Notes: generated by a model not told the origin, from the letters alone. Shown: positions 42,157 to 52,148, counted from the first letter of the stretch. The stretch: 64,000 nucleotides of DNA from an uncultured Chloroflexia bacterium (GCA_963825525.1 CAWGTN010000002.1:896001-960000), one strand, 5' to 3'. Translations and numbers: made by a program.

Positions 42157-43842
42157 CGTCCGCGAGCGACGGCGGCCTCGACCCAGCCGGGGATCTCGCG
42201 GCGCAGGGTTGCCAGGGGCAGCGAGCCGTGGGCCAGGACCTCGTCGTGGAAGGCGCGAAGGTCGAACCGATCCCCCATCGCCGCGGTCACTTCCTCTCGA
42301 GCGCGCTCGATCTCACGCTGGCCGAGCTTGTAGCTGAGCGCCTGGCCGGGCCAGATCGTGTAGCGGTCGACTTCGATGGCCGCATCGACGGCTGGCAGCG
42401 AACCACGCTCGTGCATGAACTCGATGGCCTGCTCCCGGGTCCAGCCCATGGCATGCAACCCCGAGTCGACCACCAACCGAGCGGCGCGGAACGACTGGGC
42501 GTCGAGCATGCCGAGTCGCTCCTCATCCGACGCGTAGAGGCCCATCTCGTCGGCGAGTCGCTCGCAGTACAGACCCCATCCCTCGCTGTAGGCGACGCCC
42601 GCCATGCGCGAGCCGAGCGTTCGGAAGGCGGGCAGTCCCTGGAGCTCCATCTCGATCGCGATCTGGAAATGGTGGCCGGGCGTCGCTTCGTGGAAGGTGA
42701 TGGACGCGATCTTGTGGAGCTCGCGCTCGGCCGGCTGATAGGTGTTGATGTAGTACTGCCCCTGGCGCGATCCATCGACCGATGGCGGCATGTAGAAGGC
42801 CGGGGGCGAGTCGGCCTCGCGGTAGGCCTCGACAGCCTTCACGTAGCAGTTGGCCGATGGCAGGCGACCGAAGTACTCCGGAGCCACGGCGTAGGCGCGG
42901 TCGGTCTGCTCCTGTGCCAGGCGGACCAGATCGCCGGGCTCGTCGGTGTGATTCGACGGGTCCCCGGCGAGTGCCTTGCGAAGCGCGTGGCGATCGGCAT
43001 GACCGAGCCTGCGGGCGATCTCGTCCTTCTCCGCTTCGATCGACTCGAGGTCCGCGAGCCCGAACGCATGAACCTCCTCGGCCGACGTATCGATCGTGGT
43101 CTGCATCCGAATCGCGAGCCGATACGCTGCCTCGCCACCCGGGGTGGCCGACAGCCCCGGCTGTTGGCGCGCATGAGGCTCGTACTCGTCCACGAGGTAG
43201 GCGCGAAGGCGGCGCAGTGCCGCGTACACGTGGGTGCCGACGGCATCGGCGACCGTCGGTCGGTCGTCTTCGCGCACCTGGGCCATGGTGGTCGCCGCCG
43301 CCTCCGACGGGTCGACGCCGAGCATCCGATCGATCTGCTCGATCGTCCGTCGCACGGGCACCGCGGCCGCCGTGCGGCCATCGGCAACGCCCTCGGCCAG
43401 GGTGGTGATGTACTGCTCGATGAGCGCGGGGTATCGCTCGAGCCGGGTCAGCAGCATGGCCAGGCGCTCGTCCGTATCCGCCGGCTGGTACTGCGCGATC
43501 TCGGCGGGCCAGATCTGGGGGCCACTCATGTGGTCGATGGCCAGCTGGTACTGCTTCTGCGCCAGCGCCTCGAGGTGATTTTCGGTGACCAGGATGAGCA
43601 GGTCCCGCGTGATGATCTCCTCGGGACTGAGGCCGTCGGGCGCGATGGCCTGCGCCTCGGCGAGCGCCGAGCGGAAGGCGGCCTCCTCCTCTGCCCGACC
43701 ATCGGCTCCGAGGTTCGGCCATCGATCGTTGAAGCGCTCGTCGCCGAGGACGGTGGCCCACGTGCGGATCGCGCTGGAGCACGCCATCCCAGAATCGATC
43801 GGCGAGGTCGTTGACGGCGCTCGGCTGAAGGCTGACGGTCAC
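42153..43842 (-). CDS. DUF885-family putative metallopeptidase (frameshift near 43765)
   Basis: FHEATPGHHFQ, YSEGWGLYCE, RAARLVVDSGLH, PGQALSYKLG. Confidence 0.9.
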
Positions 43843-43903
43843 GAGAATGAAGCTCTCCCTGGCACTGCGAACACTCTGACCCGCTGAGTCTAGCGTCCGC
43901 GCA

Positions 43904-44995
43904 TCAGACGCCGAACAGGTCCGCAAGGAGGGCGGGCGGAGTCTCCTCGAGCTGGTCGTAGCGGCAATCGGCCGGCGACCGATCCGGCCGCCAGCGCTTG
44001 AATGTCGTCGCGTGCCGGAAGCGATCTCGCTGGAGATGGTCGAACGCGACCTCGACCACGAGTTCGGGGCGCACCGGCTCCCAGGACAGATCCTTGCCTC
44101 GGTTCCAGCGCGACTGGGCGCCGGGCAGACGGCGGCCCTGCTCGACGGCCGATGCCTCGGCCAATGCCCAGTCGCGCCACGGGTGGTCCTTCATCCCATC
44201 ACGCCGATACGGCGCAAGGAACTCGACGAGCTCGGCCCGCTTCTCCATCGTGAACGAGGAGGTGACGCCAACCGACTGCAGGTCTCCCGCGTCGTTGTAC
44301 AGGCCGAGCATGAGTGAGCCGATGAGGGTGCCCGGGCCGTTCTTGTGCCATCGAAAGCCGGCGACGACACAGTCCGCCGTTCGGACATGCTTGATCTTCG
44401 CCATGGTTCGCTTGCCCGGCGAATACGGGTCATCGGACTTCTTGGCGATGACCCCGTCGAGGCCCGCGCCCTCGAAGACCTCGAACCAGTGCCGTGCGAC
44501 CGCCGGATCAGTGGACGAGGGGGTCAGCCGAACGGACTCCGGAAGGCCCGTGGCGATGCGCGCGAGCCGCGTGCGGCGCTCGGCGAATGGCCGCGCCATC
44601 GCGTCACCGTCGCCATCGGCAAGGCAGTCGAAGGCCACAAATGATGCGGGCGCCTCCTCGGCCAGCATCTTCACCCGCGACGCCGCGGGATGGATGCGGA
44701 GGAGGAGCGCGTCGAAATCGAGGCCGGTCTCAGGACGAGCGATGACGATCTCGCCGTCGAGCACGAACCGGGCATCGGCCCCGCCGATGGCGCGCATCGG
44801 CGCTTCGAGCTCCGGAAAGTAGCGGTTGAGCGGCTTGAGGTCCCGCGACTGGATGTACACCTCCGAGCCATCTCGGAACACGAGGGCCCGGAAGCCGTCC
44901 CATTTCGGCTCATAGATCCATTCGTCGCCCTCGGGTATGGCTGCCGCCGGCTTCGCGAGCATGGGCGCGATGGGCGGTTCGAGGGGAAAGGCCAT
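43904..44995 (-). CDS. ligC: ATP-dependent DNA ligase, LigC type (363 aa)
   Basis: PMLAK, EPKWDGFR, LDGEI, GLDGVIAK, KIKH.RTADCVV, QSRW, RFRH...RWRPD. Confidence 0.92.
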   Translation of the reverse strand: MAFPLEPPIAPMLAKPAAAIPEGDEWIYEPKWDGFRALVFRDGSEVYIQSRDLKPLNRYFPELEAPMRAIGGADARFVLDGEIVIARPETGLDFDALLLRIHPAASRVKMLAEEAPASFVAFDCLADGDGDAMARPFAERRTRLARIATGLPESVRLTPSSTDPAVARHWFEVFEGAGLDGVIAKKSDDPYSPGKRTMAKIKHVRTADCVVAGFRWHKNGPGTLIGSLMLGLYNDAGDLQSVGVTSSFTMEKRAELVEFLAPYRRDGMKDHPWRDWALAEASAVEQGRRLPGAQSRWNRGKDLSWEPVRPELVVEVAFDHLQRDRFRHATTFKRWRPDRSPADCRYDQLEETPPALLADLFGV

Positions 44996-45034
44996 GGCGC
45001 CGATGATACGGCCCGGCATGGCATCATCCACGAC

Positions 45035-45817
45035 GTGCGTGACCTCGGGCGACGACTGCTCATCGGACTGGCCGTGCTCGCCGCCGGGACGATGGCGGTC
45101 GGCTACGCGTTCATCTTCAGCGGGATCGCAACGCCGCCGGGTGGCGACCTCGGCGTCGTCCAGGTCCCCGACCCCGGCGAGGCGACCGCCGTGCTGCTCG
45201 ACGATGGGCGCCCGGTCTTCGTTGTCAGGGACGCCGGCGCGCGGCCATGGGTGTTCGACGCGGAGGCGCCGGCTGGTCGTGGGCGCCTTCGCTCGCTCGT
45301 TGCATGGTGCCCGACCAACCAGACGTTCAGCGACCCGTTGTCCGGATCGGTGTACGCCGCCGACGGCCGGTTGATCGACGGCTCCGGCACGACCGGGCTG
45401 CTGGAGTACGCCAAGCGGTCCGAGGTCGTAGACCATCCGACCTCGTTCATCGTGCAGCCGGAGACCCAGGCCCGCGGCGTGCGCCGCGACGGGGTCAAGC
45501 CGGCCCTGACGTGTCCCGAGGACGGCTGGATCACCCACCGCCCCGAGGGCGGCGAGACCTTCGACCCGTCCGTTGCCGCGGACCAGGAGCCGCCGGGATG
45601 GACGTGGCTCGAGGGATCCCTGCAGGTGGTGGATGGCGAGGTGCGACTGTGCGACGGCCTCGATGGGGCGTGCCACCGATCCGCGTCGGTGGTCGGCATC
45701 GATCCTGCCTCGGTCGCGAGCGGTGACCGCTTCAGCGTGGGCCTCTATTTCGGCCGTGTCCACGATGGCGACATCGAGGGACTGGCCTGGGTCCCAATAT
45801 ACGAGGAGGGTTCGTGA
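45035..45817 (+). CDS. Membrane-anchored protein with degenerate Rieske-like domain (260 aa)
   Basis: N-terminal TM. VAWCPTNQTFSDPLSGSVYAADG..IDG...GLLEY aligns by eye to the Rieske box-2 region without the Cys/His ligands. Confidence 0.55.
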   Translation: MRDLGRRLLIGLAVLAAGTMAVGYAFIFSGIATPPGGDLGVVQVPDPGEATAVLLDDGRPVFVVRDAGARPWVFDAEAPAGRGRLRSLVAWCPTNQTFSDPLSGSVYAADGRLIDGSGTTGLLEYAKRSEVVDHPTSFIVQPETQARGVRRDGVKPALTCPEDGWITHRPEGGETFDPSVAADQEPPGWTWLEGSLQVVDGEVRLCDGLDGACHRSASVVGIDPASVASGDRFSVGLYFGRVHDGDIEGLAWVPIYEEGS

Positions 45818-47319
45818 GCATCAGCATTCAGTTCCTTGGCGCCGCTGGCGGCGTCACCGGTTCCCAGTTCCTCGTCACCGCCGGAGAGCGACGCATCCTG
45901 GTCGACTGCGGGATGTTCCAGGGCTCCCCGGAGGAGGTGGAACGCAATCGGATGCCGTTCGCGTTCGAGCCCGACATCCTCGACGCCGTCATCCTGACCC
46001 ACGCCCACCTCGACCATTGCGGGCGGCTGCCGGCCCTCGTCAAGGCTGGCTACCACGGGCCGATTCACGCCACGCGCGCAACCGTTGACCTCGCGGAGAT
46101 CGTGCTCCGCGACTCGGCCAAGCTCCAGGTCGAGTTCACGAACCGGTGGAACCGGCGACAGGCGAAGCGTGCCAGCGAGGAGGCGGCCGCGGTCGAATCG
46201 GAGGCCGAGGCCCGAGAGGTCGACGACGAGTCACTCCCCGAGCGCATGCGCAGCGCGCCGCCCGAGGGCCGAACGGAGACGCGCGAGGCTCTGTACGACG
46301 AACATGACGTCGACGCCACGATGGAGCTGTTCGTGGGGTCCGACTACACCACCGAGATCGCCGTGACCGACGGTGTCAGCGCCATGCTCCACGACGCCGG
46401 CCACATCCTGGGTTCCGCGATCGTGGAGCTGCGGGTCAGCGACGGCGAGACGGACCGCATGATCGTCTTCTCCGGGGACCTCGGGCGGGACGGGTCGCCG
46501 ATCCTCCGAGACCCGACGCCGATCACCCATGCGGACCACGTGGTCGTGGAGTCGACCTACGGCAACCGGGAGCACGCCCCGCACGACGAGGCGATCGATG
46601 AGCTGGTCGCGGCGATCTCCGAGGTGAGCGAGGACCGCGGCGTGCTGCTGGTTCCGGCGTTCGCCATCGGTCGCACCCAGGAGATCATCTGGGTGCTGGA
46701 TGAGCTCGTTCGCGACGGGCGCATTCCGCGAGTGCCCCTCTACCTCGACTCACCGATGGCATCCCGGGCAACCACCGTCTACCTGGACCATCCCGAGACC
46801 TACGACGAAGAGACCGCACAGCTCTTGCGCTCGGGGGAGTCGCCGCTGGCCTATCCGGGACAGCAGTTCACCGATTCGGTCGAGGAGTCGAAGGCCATCC
46901 GAACGGCCGACCGTCCGATCATGGTCGTGGCGTCGTCCGGCATGCTCACCGGCGGCCGGATCATGCACCACCTCAAGGATTTCCTCCCAGATCCGCGCTG
47001 CACGCTGCTGTTCATCGGCTATCAGGGCCAGGGCACGCTGGGCCGACACCTCCAGGACGGTGGGAAATCCGCGCGGATCGACGGACAGGAGGTCGACGTG
47101 CGCTGCCGCGTCCGATCCATCTCCGGATTCTCCGCCCACGCGGACCAGGAGGAGCTCGAGGCCTGGCTCGGCCACTTCGCCGCCAAGGGGAAGCCGAAGA
47201 CGGTGTTCATCGTCCATGGCGATCCGGATGCGGCAGAGGCGTTCGCCGCGCGGATTCGGACCGAGATGGGTCTCGACGCCGTGATCCCGAAGCACCGGCA
47301 GACGATCACGCTCACCTGA
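45814..47319 (+). CDS. Metallo-beta-lactamase / beta-CASP ribonuclease
   Basis: THAHLDHCG, AGHILGS, SGDLG, ESTYG, PAFAIGR, SSGMLTGGR, FSAHAD, VHGD. Confidence 0.93.
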   Translation: MSISIQFLGAAGGVTGSQFLVTAGERRILVDCGMFQGSPEEVERNRMPFAFEPDILDAVILTHAHLDHCGRLPALVKAGYHGPIHATRATVDLAEIVLRDSAKLQVEFTNRWNRRQAKRASEEAAAVESEAEAREVDDESLPERMRSAPPEGRTETREALYDEHDVDATMELFVGSDYTTEIAVTDGVSAMLHDAGHILGSAIVELRVSDGETDRMIVFSGDLGRDGSPILRDPTPITHADHVVVESTYGNREHAPHDEAIDELVAAISEVSEDRGVLLVPAFAIGRTQEIIWVLDELVRDGRIPRVPLYLDSPMASRATTVYLDHPETYDEETAQLLRSGESPLAYPGQQFTDSVEESKAIRTADRPIMVVASSGMLTGGRIMHHLKDFLPDPRCTLLFIGYQGQGTLGRHLQDGGKSARIDGQEVDVRCRVRSISGFSAHADQEELEAWLGHFAAKGKPKTVFIVHGDPDAAEAFAARIRTEMGLDAVIPKHRQTITLT

Positions 47320-47369
47320 GCCTCGGTAAGCCAGGGGTGAGCGGCTGCTAACCCGCCGTCGCTATGTTG

Positions 47370-47396
47370 CCGGTGTGCAAGTCTCTTGCACACCGG
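47370..47396. promoter_or_regulatory. Perfect 12-bp inverted repeat (operator or hairpin terminator)
   Basis: CCGGTGTGCAAG-TCT-CTTGCACACCGG between two plus-strand genes, with no U-tract. Confidence 0.6.
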
Positions 47397-47428
47397 ACTC
47401 ATTCGCGCTGCCCGCTAGCATTGTGCGC

Positions 47429-48260
47429 ATGCCCACCGAGCGACCACCGTTCATCTCGTTCCTGACCGACTTCGGCCTCGACGGCGCGGCCGCGACCTGC
47501 CGCGGCGTCATGCTCGATATCTGCCCCACCGCCCGGGTCGTCGATGTGTCGCACACCGTGTCCAAGTACGCGATCAGCGACGGAGCCATGATCCTGCGGG
47601 CCGCGCTGCCGTTCATGCCGGTCGGCATCCACGTTGCCGTCGTCGATCCGGGCGTCGGCACGGAACGCCGGCCGATCGGCATCCAGACCGAGCGAGGTGA
47701 CGTCCTCATCGGTCCGGATAACGGGCTGCTCCAGCTCGCCGCCGATGCGCTGGGTGGCGCAACCGCCGTCCGTGAGCTGGCCAACCGAACGTGGTGGCTG
47801 CCCGCCACCACCGCCACCTTCCATGGCCGCGACATCTTCTCGCCCGTGGCAGCTCACCTTGCCGCAGGCAACGCAACGTTCGGAGACGTCGGCGCCGAGA
47901 TCGACTCTCGCGGACCTTGTTCCGCTCGCGCTTCCGGCCCCTCACATCGTGGACGGCGCGCTCGAGACCGAGATCTCGTACGTCGACAGCTTCGGAAATG
48001 TCCGGTTGGCCGCTCGAGCGGATGCCCTGGCGGCGGCATTCGGCGGCTCGGGCGGCATCGGCACGCTCCGAGCCCGCATCGGGCAGATGTCCCTGGATGA
48101 CGTGACGTTCGCGCCGAGCTTCGGCCACGTCGCCCGCGGAGCGACGCTCCTCTATGTCGATTCGACCGGCGACCTTGCCCTCGCCGATAACCAGGCGAAC
48201 CTGGCCGAACGCATCGCCGCCAAGCGCGGAATCGGGGTGCGCCTGGAACGCGGGGATTGA
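47429..48260 (+). CDS. SAM hydrolase / SAM-dependent halogenase family (DUF62) protein (frameshift near 47905)
   Basis: FLTDFG, VAVVDPGVGTER, GPDNGLL, TFHGRDIFSP, then YVDSFGN in the next frame. Confidence 0.9.
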
Positions 48261-48322
48261 GTCCAGCGCACGAGGAAGTACACTCGGCGCGTTCAGCACC
48301 ACGCACCGGAGCGCACGACGAC

Positions 48323-49264
48323 ATGCCCAGGGTTTTCCGAGCGGCCACCATTGCTGCGATCGCCGCACTCACCGTCGCTTGCACCAGCGGCACAACCACC
48401 AGCGGCGGAGCGAGTTCCCCGAGCGCGGCGAGCACGCCCACCATGGCGCCGTCGGAATCGGCGGTGGCCGATACCTGCTCGCCCGAATCCCTCGATACCA
48501 AGACCGCCGGACGCCTGACGATCGGCACCGACAACCCCGCCTTCCCACCCTACTGGGATCCCCCGGCTGACGGCGAGACGGCGACCGACCCCTGGGAGCT
48601 GGGCGACCCGACGAACAAGCGCGGGTTCGAAGGCGCCGTGGCGTGGGCCGTTGCCGAGCAGCTCGGCTACGGTGACGAGGCCGTGGACTTCATCGCCGTG
48701 CCGTTCGACAACTCGTATGCCCCGGGCGAGAAGGACTTCGACTTCTACCTGGCGCAGGTCAGCTTCTCCGAGGAGCGAGCCACCGCCGTCGACATGAGCG
48801 ACGGGTACTACTTCTCGAACCAGTCGCTCGTGGCAAATGCCGGTACGCCGATCACGGAGGCCTCCTCATTGGCGGACGTGGCGGACTTCCGGCTCGGCGT
48901 GCAGATCGGAACGACGAGCCTCTCGTACATCGAGGAGCAGATTCAGCCGACCACCGAGGCGTCGGTGTACAACTCCAACGACGCGGCGATCGCGGCACTG
49001 AATGCCGGCCAGGTCGACGGAATCGTGGTCGACCTGCCGACGGCCTTCTTCGTCACGGCAGTCCAGATGGACGATGGCGTGGTGGTCGGCCAGTTCCCTG
49101 CGGCCGGCGACGAGCAGGAGCACTTCAGCCTGGTCCTCGAGCAGGACAGCCCGCTGACCGAGTGCGTCAACGAGGCCATCGCCGCGCTCGACGAGAGCGG
49201 CGAGCTGGAGCAGATCACCAACGAGTGGCTGTCCGAGGCCGTCGACGTACCGGTGCTCGAATAG
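48323..49264 (+). CDS. Polar amino-acid ABC transporter substrate-binding lipoprotein
   Basis: Lipobox-like TVAC, LTIGTD.PAFPP, GVQIGTT, GQVDGIVVD. Confidence 0.9.
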   Translation: MPRVFRAATIAAIAALTVACTSGTTTSGGASSPSAASTPTMAPSESAVADTCSPESLDTKTAGRLTIGTDNPAFPPYWDPPADGETATDPWELGDPTNKRGFEGAVAWAVAEQLGYGDEAVDFIAVPFDNSYAPGEKDFDFYLAQVSFSEERATAVDMSDGYYFSNQSLVANAGTPITEASSLADVADFRLGVQIGTTSLSYIEEQIQPTTEASVYNSNDAAIAALNAGQVDGIVVDLPTAFFVTAVQMDDGVVVGQFPAAGDEQEHFSLVLEQDSPLTECVNEAIAALDESGELEQITNEWLSEAVDVPVLE

Positions 49265-49280
49265 TCGCAGGTAGACGCTC

Positions 49281-50147
49281 ATGGCGCGCCTGACGGTCGG
49301 TGGGTCCGGCCGTCGGGCCGTGGTCATCGCGCTCGCCAGCACGGTCGTCCTTTTCGGCCTGCTGGTCTTCGTGGTGGTCAACGCTCCCGGCTGGGAGCGG
49401 GTCCAGGCCTCGTTCTTCGACTGGGAGAACTTCGGCGAATCGGCGCCGAAGATCGTCGCCAAGTTCGAGGTCAATATCCGGCTCTTTCTCATCGCCGAGG
49501 TCCTCATCCTGGGCCTGGGCCTGGTCCTTGCCGTGCTCCGCGGCCTGCCCGGCCCGGTCTTCTTCCCCGTTCGGCTCCTGGCCACGGTCTACACCGACCT
49601 GTTCCGCGCCCTGCCGGGCGTGCTCGTGATCTACGTGCTCGGATTCGGCATTCCCGGGCTGCGGCTGCCGGGCGTCCCGAACGACCCGTTCCTGTGGGGC
49701 GTCGTGGCGCTCACCCTCGTGTACTCGGCCTACGTGTCCGAGGTGTACCGCGCCGGCATCGACTCGGTGCACCCCAGCCAGGCGGCGGCGGCCCGATCTC
49801 TCGGCATGACCCAGGGGCAGGCACTGCGATTCGTCGTCCTTCCCCAGGCCGTTCGGCGCGTGATCCCGCCCCTGCTCAATGACTTCATCGGCCTGCAGAA
49901 GGACACCGTGCTCGTCTCCTTCATCGGGGTGGTGGAGGTCTTCCGGCAGTCGCAGATCCGCCAGTCGGCCACCTTCAACTTCACCCCGTATCTCGTGACC
50001 GCCCTCGTCTTCCTGCTCGTCACCATCCCGCTGGCCCGGATCACGGACTGGCTCGTCTCGCGTGAGCGAGATCGGCGCTATGCGACTGCGGTGCGCAGCG
50101 CAGGTCGCGCGGGACGGCGCGGCCGATTGCTCGGGATGGGCCGATGA
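49281..50147 (+). CDS. Amino-acid ABC transporter permease
   Basis: SAYVSEVYRAGI, QAAAARSLGM, VVLPQAVRRVIPP. Confidence 0.93.
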   Translation: MARLTVGGSGRRAVVIALASTVVLFGLLVFVVVNAPGWERVQASFFDWENFGESAPKIVAKFEVNIRLFLIAEVLILGLGLVLAVLRGLPGPVFFPVRLLATVYTDLFRALPGVLVIYVLGFGIPGLRLPGVPNDPFLWGVVALTLVYSAYVSEVYRAGIDSVHPSQAAAARSLGMTQGQALRFVVLPQAVRRVIPPLLNDFIGLQKDTVLVSFIGVVEVFRQSQIRQSATFNFTPYLVTALVFLLVTIPLARITDWLVSRERDRRYATAVRSAGRAGRRGRLLGMGR

Positions 50148-50902
50148 CAGCCACCGCCGCTCCCCCGCTCCACATCGAGGGGCTGCACAAGTCGTTCGGC
50201 GACCTCGAGGTCCTCAAGGGGATCGATCTCGACGTGGCCGAGCATGAGGTCGTGTGCCTCATCGGCGCGTCCGGCTCCGGAAAGTCGACCCTGCTGCGCT
50301 GCATCAACCTCATCGAGCCGATCGACGGAGGGCGGGTCGTGGTCAACGGCGAGGAGATCACCGCGCAGGGCGTGGACGTCGACCGCATCCGGCGCCACAT
50401 CGGGATCGTGTTCCAGGCCTTCAACCTGTTCCCGCACATGACGGTGCTCGACAACGTGACGCTCGCGCCGCGGCGCGTCCTGCGCCTCGATCGCCGGGTG
50501 GCGGAAGAGCGTGCCACCGAGCTGCTCGAGCGATTTGGCCTGGCCGACAAGCGGCTCGACTACCCCGATCGCCTGTCGGGGGGCCAGCAACAGCGCGTGG
50601 CGATTGTGCGGGCGCTTGCCATGGATCCGCGCCTCCTCCTGCTTGATGAGGTCACGAGCGCCCTCGACCCCGAGCTGATCGCCGAAGTGCTCTCGGTGAT
50701 CCGTGAGCTGGCGGCCGATGGGATGACCATGATCATCGCGACCCACGAGATGGGCTTCGCTCGCGACATCGCCAACCGGGTCGTCTTCCTCGACGACGGC
50801 CAGATCCTCGAGGAAGGGCCACCGGACCGCATCTTCCGAGAGCCGCGCGAGGCTCGCACGCGCGAGTTCCTGCAGCGGATCATCGAGGCCGGCCGCCTGT
50901 AG
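50144..50902 (+). CDS. Amino-acid ABC transporter ATP-binding protein (GlnQ-like)
   Basis: GASGSGKST, LSGGQQQR, DEVTSALDP, THEMGFA. Confidence 0.95.
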   Translation: MTATAAPPLHIEGLHKSFGDLEVLKGIDLDVAEHEVVCLIGASGSGKSTLLRCINLIEPIDGGRVVVNGEEITAQGVDVDRIRRHIGIVFQAFNLFPHMTVLDNVTLAPRRVLRLDRRVAEERATELLERFGLADKRLDYPDRLSGGQQQRVAIVRALAMDPRLLLLDEVTSALDPELIAEVLSVIRELAADGMTMIIATHEMGFARDIANRVVFLDDGQILEEGPPDRIFREPREARTREFLQRIIEAGRL

Positions 50903-50920
50903 CCGGTCACCCACCACCCC

Positions 50921-51006
50921 CGTGGACGACCGGTGGATAACCGCCGGTACAGCCTCCAAGGTTGTGGAAAAACCCCCTTGGCAGTCGGTGCTGATGACCG
51001 TACTGT
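50921..51006 (+). promoter_or_regulatory. Sigma70-type promoter with upstream DnaA-box-like sites
   Basis: TTGGCA (50978-83), 17 nt, TACTGT (51001-06). GGTGGATAA at 50932-40 and TGTGGAAAA at 50963-71. Confidence 0.65.
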
Positions 51007-51012
51007 GGTTCT

Positions 51013-51075
51013 TGTCCCGGAGGAGTCCGTGGACCCGGAGATTGCATCAAAGGGTCTCGTGGTTCCTTCGGGACA
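51013..51075 (+). ncRNA. Candidate structured RNA (sRNA or 5' leader)
   Basis: TGTCCCGGAGGA pairs with TCCTTCGGGACA (12 bp), with an inner GACCC/GGGTC helix. It begins at the predicted TSS. Confidence 0.45.
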
Positions 51076-51113
51076 CTTCTGTGCCCGGCGGACTTCCACC
51101 TGACGGAGGGAAG

Positions 51114-52148
51114 GTGAACGACGCGCCGTATCCCCCGCTCCGACCGCAGCACCCGGTGCGGGCGCACCGCCGTGATCGGAACCGGTGGCCGATGGTCGTG
51201 GGCATCATCCTGCTCGCCTTCCTGGCGACCGTACTCGCCGTCCTGCTGCTGGGGGGAACCGGCGAGGACCCGGGAGTCGGTGCTGTCAGCTCGAGCCCGC
51301 CGGCATCCACGAATGCCTCAGCGACCGCCGGCCCGTCGACCGACACCCCATCGATCGCCCCCAGTGCCGACGCGAGCGAGTCTCCGGCCCCCAGCGGGAT
51401 TGCGGTCGACTCGCTGGTCGAGACGACCGTCGAGAACCTTTCGGTGCGGAGAGCCCCATCAACGGGCGCCGAGCGGCTCGGGAGCCTGGGTCTCGGGACC
51501 GTCGGGTACGTCGTCGACGGGCCGGTCGACGCCGACGGATTCAGCTGGTACGCGGTCTCGGCGCTCGGACTGCCGCCCAATTCGGGCTGCATCACACCCA
51601 TCGAGACGGATCCGTACGGGTGCCCGGTGTGGTTCGGCTGGCTTGCCGGCCGTGCGTCCAACGGCGACCCGTGGCTGGAGCCGCACGCCATCGAGTGTCC
51701 GATCGCGCCGCTCGACGCCGAGCGCCTGATCCTGGCTCGCTCGGACATCGAGCGTCTCGCGTGTTTCGATTCCGAGTCGATCACCTTCCGCGCGTTCTGG
51801 CCCGAAATCCCTGACGACGCCGGCCTCGGCGGCGCCTGCGCGGCAGCATCCGCACCGAGCGGGTGGCTCTATTGCCAGAACATCAACATCGACTACGTCA
51901 CGCTCAACGAGGGCGAGGGCTTCGGAGGCGTGGGCGTTGCCCTATCCATCGACCCGGCGTCCAACGTGGTGATGCCTCCGCGCGGCACCTGGATCGAGCT
52001 CACGGTCCACCTCGACGATCCGGCGGCCGATGGCTGCGCGGACGCCGCCGACATGGCGGGTGACGAATACCGTGAGCTCGCCCAGGTCATCCTCGACTGC
52101 CGAGCCGAAATGGTGGTCGAGACGGTCTTGGCGGTCGCGGGACCATAG
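51114..52148 (+). CDS. Membrane-anchored Cys-rich protein with SH3b-like domain (344 aa)
   Basis: TM helix, Ser/Pro linker, NLSVRRAPST...GPVDADGFSWY, 8 Cys. SD GGAGGG. Confidence 0.65.
   Translation: MNDAPYPPLRPQHPVRAHRRDRNRWPMVVGIILLAFLATVLAVLLLGGTGEDPGVGAVSSSPPASTNASATAGPSTDTPSIAPSADASESPAPSGIAVDSLVETTVENLSVRRAPSTGAERLGSLGLGTVGYVVDGPVDADGFSWYAVSALGLPPNSGCITPIETDPYGCPVWFGWLAGRASNGDPWLEPHAIECPIAPLDAERLILARSDIERLACFDSESITFRAFWPEIPDDAGLGGACAAASAPSGWLYCQNINIDYVTLNEGEGFGGVGVALSIDPASNVVMPPRGTWIELTVHLDDPAADGCADAADMAGDEYRELAQVILDCRAEMVVETVLAVAGP

Noticed and set aside
47429-48260. Fluorinase/chlorinase natural-product system
   Set aside because: It keeps the Asp/Arg/His residues (VDPG, ERR, FHGRD) typical of DUF62 SAM hydrolases and has no biosynthetic context. 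The downstream ABC operon has its own -10-like TACACT near 48278.
50921-50971. oriC
   Set aside because: Only two good DnaA boxes, no AT-rich unwinding element, and no dnaA/dnaN nearby.
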